This document shows, in pieces, positions 27,834 to 38,633 of a stretch of 64,000 nucleotides of DNA. Made by a program: the position numbers and the translations under genes. The notes beneath the pieces were generated by a model, which saw only the letters and a list, made by a program, of their open reading frames with translations, had not been told where the DNA came from and ran no database searches. The stretch is from Planctomycetota bacterium (lineage in GTDB: Bacteria > Planctomycetota > GCA-002687715 > CAIWVZ01), in NCBI GenBank assembly GCA_044222185.1, contig JBGANV010000012.1:64001-128000 (forward strand), in the 5' to 3' direction. Numbering within the stretch: position 1 is the stretch's first letter; every line of letters starts with the position of its first letter.

Positions 27834-27862
27834 ATTCTACACGCGGGCGACCGGCTTGTGAA
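27834..27862 (-). promoter_or_regulatory. Sigma-70-like promoter
   Basis: TTCACA-N17-TAGAAT on the minus strand, about 90 nt upstream of ATG 27741. Confidence 0.6.
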
Positions 27863-28029
27863 CCGACGTCGCTTGGGGAACCGCGGGCCTGCGCCTCCCG
27901 CCGCCTTGGCCCGTCGCGCATGAGGGCTGGCCGGGCCCGAGTCGCAATTCACTCGGAATCAGGTACTTACCCACACGGTCCTGTGCGTCGATGTCGCCTG
28001 CCCGGCCTGCCTGCCGGCCCGACGCGCGT

Positions 28030-30063
28030 CTATGCGAGGCTCGCGACCTCGACGCGCGCGTCGTTGTAGGTGGCTCCTCCGGAGACGCGCGTCACGCATT
28101 GGTTGATCAACGCGTTGGCATTGGTCCGCGACGGACTGTTGCGGAGCCAGACACCCTTGGGGATGACGCAGACGCCCCGGCGCAGTCCCGGATCCGCGAT
28201 CGCCCGCGCCCGGACCTCCCCGTCGTTGTTGAACACGCGAATGATGTCGCCGCTTGCGAAGCCACGATTGCGGAGGTCGTCCGGGTTCATGGCGCACGTG
28301 ATCTCCGCGTCGTCCAAGTCGCCGAGAATGGAGTTGATGGTCTTCGCCGTCGCCGGAGACAGGAGTGCAAACGGGAACTGCGGGGTCGTCCCTTCCGCCA
28401 CGTACTCGTACACGTCGACCCCGCGACTCCGCCAGGCGGATGGATCCAGGTGGATCTTGCGATCGATGGTGAGCGGGAAACTGTTCACGAATTGGATCGG
28501 CCCCGGACGCGCGTCGAAGGTGACCGGCACGACGCCATCCCTCGCGAGGCGCGCAGCCGCATCTGCCGGGAGGCCCTTGCACGACTTCAGATAGCGACCC
28601 GTCATGGAGTCGGGGCGCGTGTCGAAGTCGGGTCCCTCGAAGCCGAGTTTCTGCGCCAGCGCCGCGAAGATCTCCTGGTTCGATCTCGCCTCGCCGCGGG
28701 GCGCGACGACGGGGTCGACCCGCTGGACGATCATGGCGCCGTAGCCTTTGAGCAGCTCGTGCGATTCCAGGAACGTGGTGGCCGGCAGGATCACGTCGGC
28801 GAAGGCGCACGTGTCCGTCATCACTTGCTCGATGACGACGGTGAAGAGGTCATCGCGGAGGAATCCGCGGCGGACGGCCGTCTGACCCGGAGTCGACACG
28901 AGGGGGTTCGCGTTGTAGACGACGATGGCCTTCACGGGTGGTTTCGTCGCATGTCCCAGCGCGTTGCCGAGCTGTGACATGTTCACCGTGCGGACCGCCG
29001 GTGCGGGCGCCGAGAGGAGTGCGGACGTGTTCGCCTGGTATGCACCCGAGTTCGACAGCGTGTATCCGCCGCCGCGTATGCCGAACTTCCCGGCGAACGC
29101 CGGCACCGCGAGAACGGCCGCCATGGCGCCGTCGCCGTTGCGGTTGCGCTCGATCCCCCAGCCGATCCGCAGCAGGGCGGGGCTCGCCTCCAGGTAGAGA
29201 TCGGCGAAACGATCGAGGTCGGCGGGTGGGATGCGGGTTTCGCGCGCGGCCAGATCCCGCGTCCACTTGCGGGCGTGGGCGAGGACGTGATCCGCTCCGA
29301 GCGCGTGCTCGCGGAGGAAGTCTCGAGCGAGCAGCCCGCGCCGCTCGGTCTCGCCGATGAGCCACAGCGCGAGGGCCAGGTCCGTCCCTGGCCACACGGC
29401 CAGGTGGAGATCGGACCGCTCGGCCACCGGCGTCCGCCGCGGGTCGACGACCACGATCTTCGCGCCGTTCTTTCGGGCAGCGTTCAGGTGCGGGACGATG
29501 TGGATGTTCGAGACGTTGGGGTTGCCGCCCCAGACGACGATGGTTTTCGCGAACTCGTAGTCCTCGAATCCGACGCCGGCCATCTTGCCGTACATCGCCG
29601 TCGCCGTTTCCGTCGCGGGCGCGGCGCACAGCGTGCGATCGAGGTCGGACGCGCCCAACCGTCGCCAGAGCGCTTCATCGATCCAATCATGCGCGAAGAC
29701 ACCGTTCGACCCGTCGTAGTGGTAGGGGAGGATCGCCTCGCCTCCGTGTTGATCCTTCACCTCGCGCAGCTTGGCCGCGACGAGTGTGAGAGCTTCGTCC
29801 CAACCGATGGGCTCGAATCGCCCCTCGCCCTTCGGGCCTGAACGTCGCAGCGGGGTGAGGATTCGATCGTCGCCGTTCACCCGCGCCGGGTAATGCGTCA
29901 TCTTCGCGCACATGAATCCGCCGGTCATCGGGTTGTGTGCCGAGCCGCGAAGTGCCGTCACTCGGTCGCCGTCGACCTTCGCTTCGAGGCTGCACGCGTC
30001 TGGGCAATCCATCGGGCAGGCAGTCCGGACCCACCCGTCACTCGTCCTCGTCGTTGAAGTCAT
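28030..30063 (-). CDS. Molybdopterin oxidoreductase (DMSO reductase superfamily, 4Fe-4S N-terminus)
   Basis: CPMDCPDAC...CAK, PIGWDEAL, VVVDPRRT, PGTDLALA, TDTCAFADVILPATTFLE. No Tat signal. Confidence 0.92.
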   Translation of the reverse strand: MTSTTRTSDGWVRTACPMDCPDACSLEAKVDGDRVTALRGSAHNPMTGGFMCAKMTHYPARVNGDDRILTPLRRSGPKGEGRFEPIGWDEALTLVAAKLREVKDQHGGEAILPYHYDGSNGVFAHDWIDEALWRRLGASDLDRTLCAAPATETATAMYGKMAGVGFEDYEFAKTIVVWGGNPNVSNIHIVPHLNAARKNGAKIVVVDPRRTPVAERSDLHLAVWPGTDLALALWLIGETERRGLLARDFLREHALGADHVLAHARKWTRDLAARETRIPPADLDRFADLYLEASPALLRIGWGIERNRNGDGAMAAVLAVPAFAGKFGIRGGGYTLSNSGAYQANTSALLSAPAPAVRTVNMSQLGNALGHATKPPVKAIVVYNANPLVSTPGQTAVRRGFLRDDLFTVVIEQVMTDTCAFADVILPATTFLESHELLKGYGAMIVQRVDPVVAPRGEARSNQEIFAALAQKLGFEGPDFDTRPDSMTGRYLKSCKGLPADAAARLARDGVVPVTFDARPGPIQFVNSFPLTIDRKIHLDPSAWRSRGVDVYEYVAEGTTPQFPFALLSPATAKTINSILGDLDDAEITCAMNPDDLRNRGFASGDIIRVFNNDGEVRARAIADPGLRRGVCVIPKGVWLRNSPSRTNANALINQCVTRVSGGATYNDARVEVASLA

Positions 30064-30261
30064 GGCAGGGCGCAGCTTATCCGCTCGCGCCCTTTGCGTC
30101 CCGGCATTGTGGCTGAGGAACGGGTCTGTTCCTTCGCGAGCACGTTTGGCGCGCATTTGCGCCGAGTCTCCGGCGATGCGCTCGGGGTATGCTCACCCGA
30201 CGGCCGGACCTCGCACCCTCGAAGTTCGTGCGAAGGCCGAGTCGCGAGACGCACACGACCC

Positions 30262-31335
30262 ATGGCCAAGCAGTTTCACCGGGTGTCGGCATTCCTCATT
30301 CTGGCCGCTTCCTCGCTCGCACAGACGACTGATGTCTTCATCCCCGATGCCAGCTCATCCTCCGGCGTCGTCGGGAACGTGATCCCGTTCTCCCCGAGCT
30401 TCGGGGCGACCCCCGGATCCATGACTCACCTCGTCATCATTCCGGCAGCGCGACTTCAGCTGGCTGGCGTGCATGCGGGCGACCACCTCGTCGACATCAA
30501 GCTCGCGCCGATCGGGACCGGCGTCGCGCAGGCACCCGTGTTCCGCATGATCGTGGGACACGTCCAGGATCCGTACTCGTCCATGGGGTTCCTCGACTCG
30601 TTCCTCGACTTCGACATCCTGTACGACACGCTGATGGCGGGACCCTTCCGCTGGCATGCGACCGCGGACGCGTGGTCGTCTCTCGGAGTCGGCGGCGGCG
30701 GGTTCGCGTGGGACGGCGTACACGACGTCGGTCTCTACACGACTCACGCCGGCATGACGGTCTCGAGCACCACGGGGTGGACTGGTGCGTGCTGGCGCGA
30801 GAGCACGCTGTTTCGCAAGTGGTCGAGCGGCTACGAGACGATCACCGCCACCAACCTGCTCCAGAACGGACTGAAGATGGGGCTCCGTTTCGCGGACTCG
30901 GCGACGGCCTCGGCCTCCGTCGGGTGGTACGGCCAGGGGACGTCGGGCCTGCTGGGCATCCCGCAGATGCTGATTCCCCAGGCCCCGACGTTCGGCAACC
31001 CGAGCTTCTCCGTCGGCCTCGCGAACGCGTGGCCAGGATCTCTCGCGATGCTCGTCGTCTCGTCCCGGGCCGGCAATCAACCGATCGGCCTGTACGCGGA
31101 CGTACGCCTGCTCGTCGACGTCTCGTCGACCGCGACCGTATTCATCGAGCCCCGTCCCGTGTCCGCCTCGGGCTCGGTGTACTTGACCGTTCCGGTCCCT
31201 TCCTGGGATCCAAATCTGCTCGGATTGCCGATCCACGCTCAGTGGATCGTCGCCGGTGATCCGGGCGCGCCGGCCACCATCTACGGCGTTTCGCTCGCGC
31301 TTTCGTCGGGCGTCACGCTCACCCCCGGCGTTTGA
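30262..31335 (+). CDS. Secreted hypothetical protein with shared C-terminal domain
   Basis: Signal peptide ending SSLA-Q. GNVIPF N-domain. YGQGT...PTFG...LLGLPIHAQW...LSSGVTLTPGV. Confidence 0.8.
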   Translation: MAKQFHRVSAFLILAASSLAQTTDVFIPDASSSSGVVGNVIPFSPSFGATPGSMTHLVIIPAARLQLAGVHAGDHLVDIKLAPIGTGVAQAPVFRMIVGHVQDPYSSMGFLDSFLDFDILYDTLMAGPFRWHATADAWSSLGVGGGGFAWDGVHDVGLYTTHAGMTVSSTTGWTGACWRESTLFRKWSSGYETITATNLLQNGLKMGLRFADSATASASVGWYGQGTSGLLGIPQMLIPQAPTFGNPSFSVGLANAWPGSLAMLVVSSRAGNQPIGLYADVRLLVDVSSTATVFIEPRPVSASGSVYLTVPVPSWDPNLLGLPIHAQWIVAGDPGAPATIYGVSLALSSGVTLTPGV

Positions 31336-31339
31336 CGGC

Positions 31340-31369
31340 CCGGGCGCCGGCGGAAGGGTCGGCGCCCGG
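31340..31369. terminator. Hairpin between convergent genes
   Basis: CCGGGCGCCG/CGGCGCCCGG 10-bp stem. Confidence 0.5.
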
Positions 31370-31378
31370 TTCTGGCGG

Positions 31379-32395
31379 TCAGACCTTCTGGACCCAGCCG
31401 CGCGTGTCCTTCACCGCACCGAGCTGAATGGCCTGGAGGCGGCGGCGGATCTCGGTCGAGACGGGGAAGCCGCCGCGCGGAAGGTCGCGGTAGCTCCCAT
31501 CGTGGAAGATGCTTGCGACGGGTCCGACGACGACGGCCGTCCCGCACAGGAACAACTCGCTGCCGTTCGAGAGCACCTCGGCGAGGGGAAGGTCGCGCTC
31601 CTCGACCTTCAGCTTCATGTCGTCACGGGCGACGGTGATGATGCTGTCGCGCGTGACGCCCGGCAGGATCGTCCCCGAAAGCGGCGGCGTCACGACGGTG
31701 CCGTTCTTCATGATGGCGAACACGTTGCTGCTCGCGGACTCCTCGATGTTCGCGTGCTGGCGTGCATCCAGGTAGAGGGCTTCGTCGTCGCCGGCTTCAT
31801 GCACCAGGCGGCGCGCGCGCAGCGTGGATGCGTAGTTGGCCGAGCACTTGGCGTTGCCGAGCCCGCCCGGCGGGACGCGCGCGCCTTCCTGAACTCTGAC
31901 GCGCAGGCCTCGCGGCGTTTCGTTCGGCTGGTTCGAGAAGTAGTTGCCGACCGGCGAGGCGAATACGTGGAAGCGGCAATGGCGACCTGCGCTCACGCCG
32001 AGGATCGGCTCGACGCCGAAGGCGATCGGACGGAGGTACAGGCTGCCTTCGACGGAGGGCGGGACGTCGGCGAGGCAGCTGCGAGTCACTTCGCGACACG
32101 CACGCAGGAACATCTCGACCGTCGGTGCGGCGAGGCCGAGGACCTCGCACGAGTTGCGCAGACGTTCGGCGTTGCGGTCGGGACGAAACAACGCGACTGA
32201 TTCGTCCGGCTGGCGGAAGGCCTTCAACCCTTCGAAGCACGAGACCCCGTAGCTGAGAACGGCGGCGGCCGGGTGGAGGAGGAAGCTCGCCACGTCGACG
32301 AGTGCTCCTTCGTCGAACGCCGGCGTGCGTCCCGCGTCACCATGAGCGACGAACATCCGCCCGCTGGGCTGGAAGGTGAAGCCTTTGCTTGCCAT
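31379..32395 (-). CDS. ilvE: Branched-chain amino acid aminotransferase (class IV PLP)
   Basis: YGVSCFEGLKAF, LFRPDRNAERL, LYLRP, AKCSANY, ILPGVTRDS, ELFLCGTAVVVGPV. Confidence 0.92.
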   Translation of the reverse strand: MASKGFTFQPSGRMFVAHGDAGRTPAFDEGALVDVASFLLHPAAAVLSYGVSCFEGLKAFRQPDESVALFRPDRNAERLRNSCEVLGLAAPTVEMFLRACREVTRSCLADVPPSVEGSLYLRPIAFGVEPILGVSAGRHCRFHVFASPVGNYFSNQPNETPRGLRVRVQEGARVPPGGLGNAKCSANYASTLRARRLVHEAGDDEALYLDARQHANIEESASSNVFAIMKNGTVVTPPLSGTILPGVTRDSIITVARDDMKLKVEERDLPLAEVLSNGSELFLCGTAVVVGPVASIFHDGSYRDLPRGGFPVSTEIRRRLQAIQLGAVKDTRGWVQKV

Positions 32396-32536
32396 GGGGG
32401 CGAGGATACGTCACGGCTTCCCACTTGGGAACCGCGACGCGGCGCCTGTTTCCCCGTCGCATCGTCGTCTCACGAGGGCGAATGTCCTGGTGCCATCGCA
32501 AGTCATGGGGCCAGGCCGGTGTATCCTGCGACTTCC

Positions 32537-33778
32537 ATGGGATTCGCGTCCACGGCATCAGGGGTGATCGTCGCGTGCGTCGCGCTCGGGGTCGCATGCG
32601 CGCAGCAGCCCAACGGAGCGAACGGGCTCGTCGTCCAGTTCCGCCACGGCGGCCCGTATCCGATCGTCGCCGATGCGCTGGGCAACGGGCTCGTGACCGC
32701 CGTCGTCACGGGCTCTGCTGGGGCACCCTTCGCGATCTTCGCGTCGCCCTCGCTCCATGCGGGCGCGGCTCAGGTGCTCGGCGGACAGTCGTTGGACATC
32801 GGCACGGCACCCGCGTTCTCCGATCTCACCGTGCTGGGCGACGGATTCGGCGGCGGTCCGAGTGCGTCGGCGTTCAGCGTCGCGGCCGGCGGCGTCACGT
32901 TGCTCTCGGCGATCGTTCCCACGGGCTCGACGCTCGTGCTGCCGGCGATGCAGGCGATCGTCGCGGATCCATCGCACCCATCTGGTTTGTGGCTGACGGC
33001 CGCGAATCAAGTGACACTGCGGCCCACGAAGAACGTGCTCTTCATCCAGGGGAGTCACCTGCCTGCTGGGACGTTCGCGCCACAGTGCAGGCTTGCCGAT
33101 CCCTCGCCGTACGGGTTCTCGACGCTGCGCGATCTCCTGCTTCTCGCCGGTTTCGGGTCCGTGGTCGAGGTCGTGGATGCAAGCGTCGCCGTCACGCCGC
33201 AGTTGCTTGCGCCTTTTGGCGTCGTCGTTCTCGGCACCAACGAACGCACGTGGACGGCGAGCGAGGTCGGAGTGATCGAGGCGTATGTCAGAGCCGGCGG
33301 CGGGCTCGTGTCCTATTCGGACTTCATGTTCGGCCCGAACAACTGGTCGTCCGAGAACCAGGTCCTGTCGCGATTCGGGTTGCTCGTGGCACCTGACAAC
33401 TTCGGGGGACCCGTCAGTGTCACGTCCCTGGCGCCGCATCCGATCGCAGCGGGCGTGGCGGTCGGATTCGAAGGTGAGGGCGTGAGCGTCCTCGAGCTCG
33501 TCGGCAACGGAGTCGACCCGATCGTCAACGTGGCGCCTTGTCTCGCGAATGGTGGGGCCTGTGCACCGCTGCCACTCGCCGCGCCGAGCGGCTCGCCGAA
33601 CCCCGTGTTTTCCGCGTGCGCGACCGTCACCGCCGGGTCGGGACGCGTCGTCGCGACGTTCGACCGCAACACGTTCTTCAACCCGGTCGCCGGGCCGCCG
33701 CTCTTCGGTACCGACCTGAGTCGCGCCTCGAACGTCACCTACGCGACCAACCTCTTCCTCTGGGCCGCAGGGTTGTAG
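32537..33778 (+). CDS. Secreted protein: CTD-like module + class I GATase-like (DUF4350/ThuA-like) domain
   Basis: Signal ending VACA-Q. GFSTLRDLL...LAPFGVVVLG...EVGVIEAYVRAGGGLV...GSGRVVATFD...NLFLWAAG. Confidence 0.7.
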   Translation: MGFASTASGVIVACVALGVACAQQPNGANGLVVQFRHGGPYPIVADALGNGLVTAVVTGSAGAPFAIFASPSLHAGAAQVLGGQSLDIGTAPAFSDLTVLGDGFGGGPSASAFSVAAGGVTLLSAIVPTGSTLVLPAMQAIVADPSHPSGLWLTAANQVTLRPTKNVLFIQGSHLPAGTFAPQCRLADPSPYGFSTLRDLLLLAGFGSVVEVVDASVAVTPQLLAPFGVVVLGTNERTWTASEVGVIEAYVRAGGGLVSYSDFMFGPNNWSSENQVLSRFGLLVAPDNFGGPVSVTSLAPHPIAAGVAVGFEGEGVSVLELVGNGVDPIVNVAPCLANGGACAPLPLAAPSGSPNPVFSACATVTAGSGRVVATFDRNTFFNPVAGPPLFGTDLSRASNVTYATNLFLWAAGL

Positions 33779-34035
33779 TCAGGGAGCGCGCCGCGTCGAC
33801 CGCCGCATCGGCGGGGACCGGCCGGATCGCCGCGCGTTCCGCGCGGTCCCACCGGCGTGGATCGCCTTGCGGTGCCAGATCACTCACGTCCGCGCGATCG
33901 CCACCTGATCCCCGACCCAACCCCGCTTGCGCAGTTCAGGTCCCCTCCCGTGGTGCCTCGGGCTACGGGCGGCTCCGCACTTGGTCGTATCAGCGGAAAG
34001 CCGCGAGCGACCTAAGTTCGAAATGGAGGAATCAC

Positions 34036-37000
34036 ATGGTGACCCGTCGGACAGCAACCGTCGACGGCAACGAGGCTGCTGCCTCCGTTGCACATCGACT
34101 CAGCGAAGTGATCGCGATCTATCCGATCACCCCATCGTCCACGATGGGAGAACTATCTGACGAGTGGTCGTCGCAGGGGAGGCGGAACGTCTTCGGAACC
34201 GTGCCCGAAGTCGTCGAGATGCAGTCGGAAGCCGGCGCGATCGGGGCGGTGCACGGATCGCTGCAGGCGGGCGCGCTCACGACGAGCTTCACGGCCTCGC
34301 AGGGCCTGCTGCTCATGATTCCGAACCTCTACAAGATCGCAGGCGAGCTCACGCCATTCGTCTTGCACGTCGCCGCGCGCGCCGTGGCGACCCATGCACT
34401 CTCGATCTTCGGCGACCACTCGGACGTGATGGCGTGCCGCCAGACCGGCGTCGCCATGCTGAGCTCGCAGTCGGTGCAGGAGGCCCACGACTTCGCACTC
34501 GTCGCGCATGCGGCAACGTTGCGCAGCCGCATCCCGTTCATCCACTTCTTCGATGGCTTCCGCACGTCGCACGAGATCCAACGCATCGAGATGCTCGACG
34601 ACGACGACCTGCGCGCATTCGTCGACTCCCACCTCGTTTCCGAATTCCGCATGCGAGCCCTCACGCCGGACGCACCGGTGATCCGCGGGACGGCGCAAAA
34701 TCCCGACACGTTCTTCCAAGCGCGGGAGGCATGCAACGGACTCTACGATCGGTGCCCATCGGTGGTGGAAGAGGTGTTCACCGAGTTCGCCGCACGGACG
34801 GGGCGCAGCTACCACCTCTTCGACTACGAGGGGCACCCCGAGGCCGAGCGCGTGATCGTGATCATGGGCTCCGGTGCGCAGACGGTGTCCGAGACCGTGC
34901 GTTGGAGCGTGGCCCGCGGCGAGCGCGTCGGGGTCCTCACCGTGAGGCTGTTCCGGCCGTTCTCCGTGGAGGCGTTCCTGCGCGCCCTGCCCAAGACCGT
35001 CCAGCGAATCGCGGTGCTGGATCGCACGAAGGAGCCCGGTGCCGTTTGCGATCCCCTGCATCTGGACGTCCTGGCGGCGACCGGCGAGGGCTGGCACGCG
35101 ATCCACACCGACGGCCGGCCGGTTCCCACCGTGGTCGGCGGGCGGTACGGCCTGTCGTCGAAGGAATTCACTCCAGCCATGGTCCGCGCGGTTCTCGACA
35201 ACCTCGCGACGCCGCGACCGCGCAACCACTTCACCGTCGGGATCGTCGACGACGTCACGCACCGATCGTTGCCGTTCGATCCCACGTTCGACATCGAGGC
35301 CCACGACGTAGTCCGAGCGCTGTTCTTCGGTCTCGGCTCCGACGGCACCGTCGGCGCCAACAAGAACTCGGTGAAGATCATCGCTGAGGAGACCCCCCAG
35401 CACGCACAAGCCTACTTCGTCTACGACTCGAAGAAGTCGGGCGCCGTGACGATCTCGCACCTGCGGTTCGGACCGCGACCGATTCGTGCTCCCTGGCTCA
35501 TATCCCGCGCGAGCTTCATCGCGTGCCATCACTTCGGATTCCTGGATCGGTACGACATCCTGGAGAACGCCGAGCCTGGTGCCGTCTTCCTGCTGAACGC
35601 GCCGCATGCTCCGTCGGAGGTGTTCGATGCGCTGCCCCGCGAGGCGCAGGAGGAGATGGTCCGCAAACGCGTCCGCTTCTTCGTGATCGATGCCCTGCGC
35701 GTCGCGCGCGAGTGCGGAATGGGCGCACGCATCAACACCGTGATGCAGACCTGCTTCTTCGCCATCTCCGGCGTCCTGCCCCGCGACGAGGCGATCGCGC
35801 GCATCAAGGACTCGATCAAGAAGACGTACGGCAAGCGAGGCGGAGACGTCATCGAACGCAACTTCGCAGCAGTCGATGCGACGCTGGCGCACCTCTTCGA
35901 AGTGCCTGTTCCCAAGGCCGTCACGACCGATCGCCGGCGCCCGCCGGTCGTGTCCGACGATGCGCCCGACTTCGTGAAGCGCGTCTCCGCCGTGATGATG
36001 GCGAACCGCGGCGACCTCTTGCCCGTCAGTGCATTCCCCGTCGACGGCACGTGGCCCACGAGCACGGGGCGCTACGAGAAACGGGCGATCGCCGCCGAGA
36101 TCCCAGTCTGGGACGAGGCCGTGTGCATCCAGTGCAACAAGTGCGCGATCTTCTGTCCGCATGCGGCGATTCGGGCGAAGGTGTGGGAGCCTGCGCTCGC
36201 GGCGTCGGCTCCCGCGACGTTCAAGGGAGTCGACTACAAGGGTGCCGAGTTCCGCGGCTCCAAGTACACGATCCAGGTCGCGCCGGAGGATTGCACGGGG
36301 TGCCAGCTGTGCGTCGCCGTGTGTCCGGCGCGCGACAAGACGAATCCGCGGCACAAAGCTCTCGAGATGCAGCCCATGGCGCCGCTCCGCGATGCCGAGC
36401 GCCAGAACTTCGCCTTCTTCGATCAGCTCCTCGAGCCGCCGCGCGAGGGCATCGCGCGCATCGACGTGAAGAGCTCGCAGTTCCTCGATCCGCTGTTCGA
36501 GTTCTCCGGTGCCTGCGCCGGTTGCGGCGAGACGCCGTACATCAAACTTCTGACACAGCTGTTCGGCGACCGGATCATGATCGCCAACGCGACTGGGTGC
36601 AGTTCGATCTACGGCGGCAACCTGCCGACGACACCCTACGGCACGAACCGCCAGGGTCGCGGTCCGGCGTGGGCCAACTCGCTCTTCGAAGACAACGCCG
36701 AGTTCGGGTTGGGCATGCGCCTCGGACTCGACGCGCAGGCGACACACGCTCGCAACCTCGTCGCGCAGCTCGCACCCAGCCTGGGAGACGCCTTCGTCCG
36801 TGAGATCCTGGACGCACCGCAAGTCACCGAGGCCGAAATCGTGGCTCAGCGCGCGCGTGTGATGCGGCTGGCCGAGCGCCTTCCGTCGATCGACCGCGTC
36901 GAGGCCCGACACCTCGCGCCGATCACCAACGCACTCGTGACGAAGAGCGTGTGGATCGTCGGCGGCGACGGGTGGGCGTACGACATCGGCTCGGGCGGTC

Positions 37001-37644
37001 TCGACCACGTGCTCTCGATGACGCGCAACGTTCGCATCCTCGTCCTCGACACGGAGGTCTACTCGAACACGGGCGGACAGCAGTCGAAGGCGACTCCGCT
37101 CGGTGCCGTCGCAAAGTTCGCAGCGACGGGGAAGGCCGTCCACAAGAAGGACTTCGGCCTGATGGCGATGAGTCACGGTCACGTCTACGTGGCGAACGTC
37201 GCGTTGGGCGCGAAGGACTCGCAGACCGTTCAAGCGTTCCTGGAAGCGGAGCGCTTCCCAGGCCCCGCGGTCATCATCGCCTACAGCCCGTGCATCGCGC
37301 ACGGATACGACTTGAGCTTCGGTGCGGAGCAGCAGAAGCTGCTCGTGACCTCCGGGCTCTGGCCGCTGTATCGGTACGACCCGCGTCGCATCGAGCACGG
37401 CGAGCCGGCGCTCGTCCTCGATTCGCCGGCACCCAAGACTTCGCCCCGCGAGTTCATGCGCAACGAGTCGCGGTTCCGGATGGTGGAGAAGGCCGATCCC
37501 GAGCGCTTCCGCATGCTCGCCGATGCCGCCGCGCATCAAGCCGCGCAACGCGTCTCGCTGTACCAGCAGCTGGCCGCCATCCGCCTGCCGGGGAATGGTG
37601 TGCCACCCAAGCCCGCAGTGCCCGCGCAGCCGGAGACACGCTGA
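34036..37644 (+). CDS. nifJ: Pyruvate:ferredoxin (flavodoxin) oxidoreductase, homodimeric
   Basis: GGAGG RBS. DGNEAAA, YPITPS, CIQCNKCAIFCP, CTGCQLCVAVCP, GACAGCGETPY, GGDGWAYDIG. Confidence 0.97.
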   Translation: MVTRRTATVDGNEAAASVAHRLSEVIAIYPITPSSTMGELSDEWSSQGRRNVFGTVPEVVEMQSEAGAIGAVHGSLQAGALTTSFTASQGLLLMIPNLYKIAGELTPFVLHVAARAVATHALSIFGDHSDVMACRQTGVAMLSSQSVQEAHDFALVAHAATLRSRIPFIHFFDGFRTSHEIQRIEMLDDDDLRAFVDSHLVSEFRMRALTPDAPVIRGTAQNPDTFFQAREACNGLYDRCPSVVEEVFTEFAARTGRSYHLFDYEGHPEAERVIVIMGSGAQTVSETVRWSVARGERVGVLTVRLFRPFSVEAFLRALPKTVQRIAVLDRTKEPGAVCDPLHLDVLAATGEGWHAIHTDGRPVPTVVGGRYGLSSKEFTPAMVRAVLDNLATPRPRNHFTVGIVDDVTHRSLPFDPTFDIEAHDVVRALFFGLGSDGTVGANKNSVKIIAEETPQHAQAYFVYDSKKSGAVTISHLRFGPRPIRAPWLISRASFIACHHFGFLDRYDILENAEPGAVFLLNAPHAPSEVFDALPREAQEEMVRKRVRFFVIDALRVARECGMGARINTVMQTCFFAISGVLPRDEAIARIKDSIKKTYGKRGGDVIERNFAAVDATLAHLFEVPVPKAVTTDRRRPPVVSDDAPDFVKRVSAVMMANRGDLLPVSAFPVDGTWPTSTGRYEKRAIAAEIPVWDEAVCIQCNKCAIFCPHAAIRAKVWEPALAASAPATFKGVDYKGAEFRGSKYTIQVAPEDCTGCQLCVAVCPARDKTNPRHKALEMQPMAPLRDAERQNFAFFDQLLEPPREGIARIDVKSSQFLDPLFEFSGACAGCGETPYIKLLTQLFGDRIMIANATGCSSIYGGNLPTTPYGTNRQGRGPAWANSLFEDNAEFGLGMRLGLDAQATHARNLVAQLAPSLGDAFVREILDAPQVTEAEIVAQRARVMRLAERLPSIDRVEARHLAPITNALVTKSVWIVGGDGWAYDIGSGGLDHVLSMTRNVRILVLDTEVYSNTGGQQSKATPLGAVAKFAATGKAVHKKDFGLMAMSHGHVYVANVALGAKDSQTVQAFLEAERFPGPAVIIAYSPCIAHGYDLSFGAEQQKLLVTSGLWPLYRYDPRRIEHGEPALVLDSPAPKTSPREFMRNESRFRMVEKADPERFRMLADAAAHQAAQRVSLYQQLAAIRLPGNGVPPKPAVPAQPETR

Positions 37645-38633
37645 TGGACCTCTCGATCGACTACATGGGTCTGAAGCTCGCGAACCCGATCGTCGCCGGC
37701 GCATCGCCGCTCGTCGATCGCTTGGACGCCGTGCGACAACTCGAGGACGCGGGCGTCGGTGCCATCGTCATGCACTCGCTGTTCGAAGAGCAGATCGAGA
37801 CGGAGCGCCGCATGACGTTCGACCACTTCGACGACACGTCGTCGTGGAATGCCGAAGCGTCGACGTTCATGGTGGCTGCCGACGGCTTCAAGCTGGGGCC
37901 GGAGGCCTATCTCGATCAGATCCGCAAGCTGAAGCGCGCGGTCGAGGTCCCGATCATCGCGTCGCTGAACGGCACGACGAGCGGTGGTTGGCTCACCTAC
38001 GCGACCTACATCGAGGAGGTCGGTGCCGACGCACTCGAGCTGAACGTCTACGACGTCGTCACGGACCCGGCCGAGACATCCGAGCGCGTGGAGGCGCGCC
38101 TGGTTCAGCTGCTCAAGCTCGTCAAGTCCACGGTGAAGATCCCCGTCGCAGTCAAGCTCTCGCCGTTCTTCACGGCTTTGCCCGGACTCGCCCGGCGCCT
38201 CGAAGTGGCGGGCGCCGGCGCGCTCGTGATCTTCAACCGCTTCTACCAGCCCGACATCGACCCCGAGCGACTGGAGGTCGTCCGCATCGCATTGTCGAGC
38301 CCTGCCGAGCTGCTGTTGCGATTGCGCTGGCTCGCCGTGCTGTCGAGCCAGTTGTCGATTCCGCTCGCGGTGACGGGCGGCGTGCATTCGGGACTCGACG
38401 TCATCAAGGCGATCATGGCGGGCGCCACGACGACGCAGATGGTTTCGGCGCTGCTGCACAACGGTCCGCGCCACGTGGCGACGGTGAAGGACGAGGTCGT
38501 CCGCTGGATGACCGAGCACGAGCACGACTCGATCCGGGCGATGTGCGGGTCGATGAACCTCGCTCGGTGCCCGGACCCGCGCGCGTTCGAACGGGCCAAC
38601 TACCTGAAGATGCTCCAGAGCTGGCCCGGGTGA
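37644..38633 (+). CDS. Dihydroorotate dehydrogenase-like flavoprotein
   Basis: TGATG coupling to nifJ. GLKLANPIVAGASP, SLFEEQI, PIIASLNG, VAVKLSP, NRFYQPDID, TGGVH, AFERANY. Confidence 0.9.
   Translation: MDLSIDYMGLKLANPIVAGASPLVDRLDAVRQLEDAGVGAIVMHSLFEEQIETERRMTFDHFDDTSSWNAEASTFMVAADGFKLGPEAYLDQIRKLKRAVEVPIIASLNGTTSGGWLTYATYIEEVGADALELNVYDVVTDPAETSERVEARLVQLLKLVKSTVKIPVAVKLSPFFTALPGLARRLEVAGAGALVIFNRFYQPDIDPERLEVVRIALSSPAELLLRLRWLAVLSSQLSIPLAVTGGVHSGLDVIKAIMAGATTTQMVSALLHNGPRHVATVKDEVVRWMTEHEHDSIRAMCGSMNLARCPDPRAFERANYLKMLQSWPG

Noticed and set aside
34153-37704. Very long antisense or alternate-frame ORFs (34153-37704, 45293-48988, 42066-44936, 58967-61696, 7246-8517 and others)
   Set aside because: They shadow well-supported genes, are Arg/Gly/Ala-rich without motifs, and are expected from high-GC codon bias.
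37644-38633. Calling this gene pyrD
   Set aside because: The catalytic SCPN loop is absent and the context is PFOR/lactate rather than pyrimidine synthesis.
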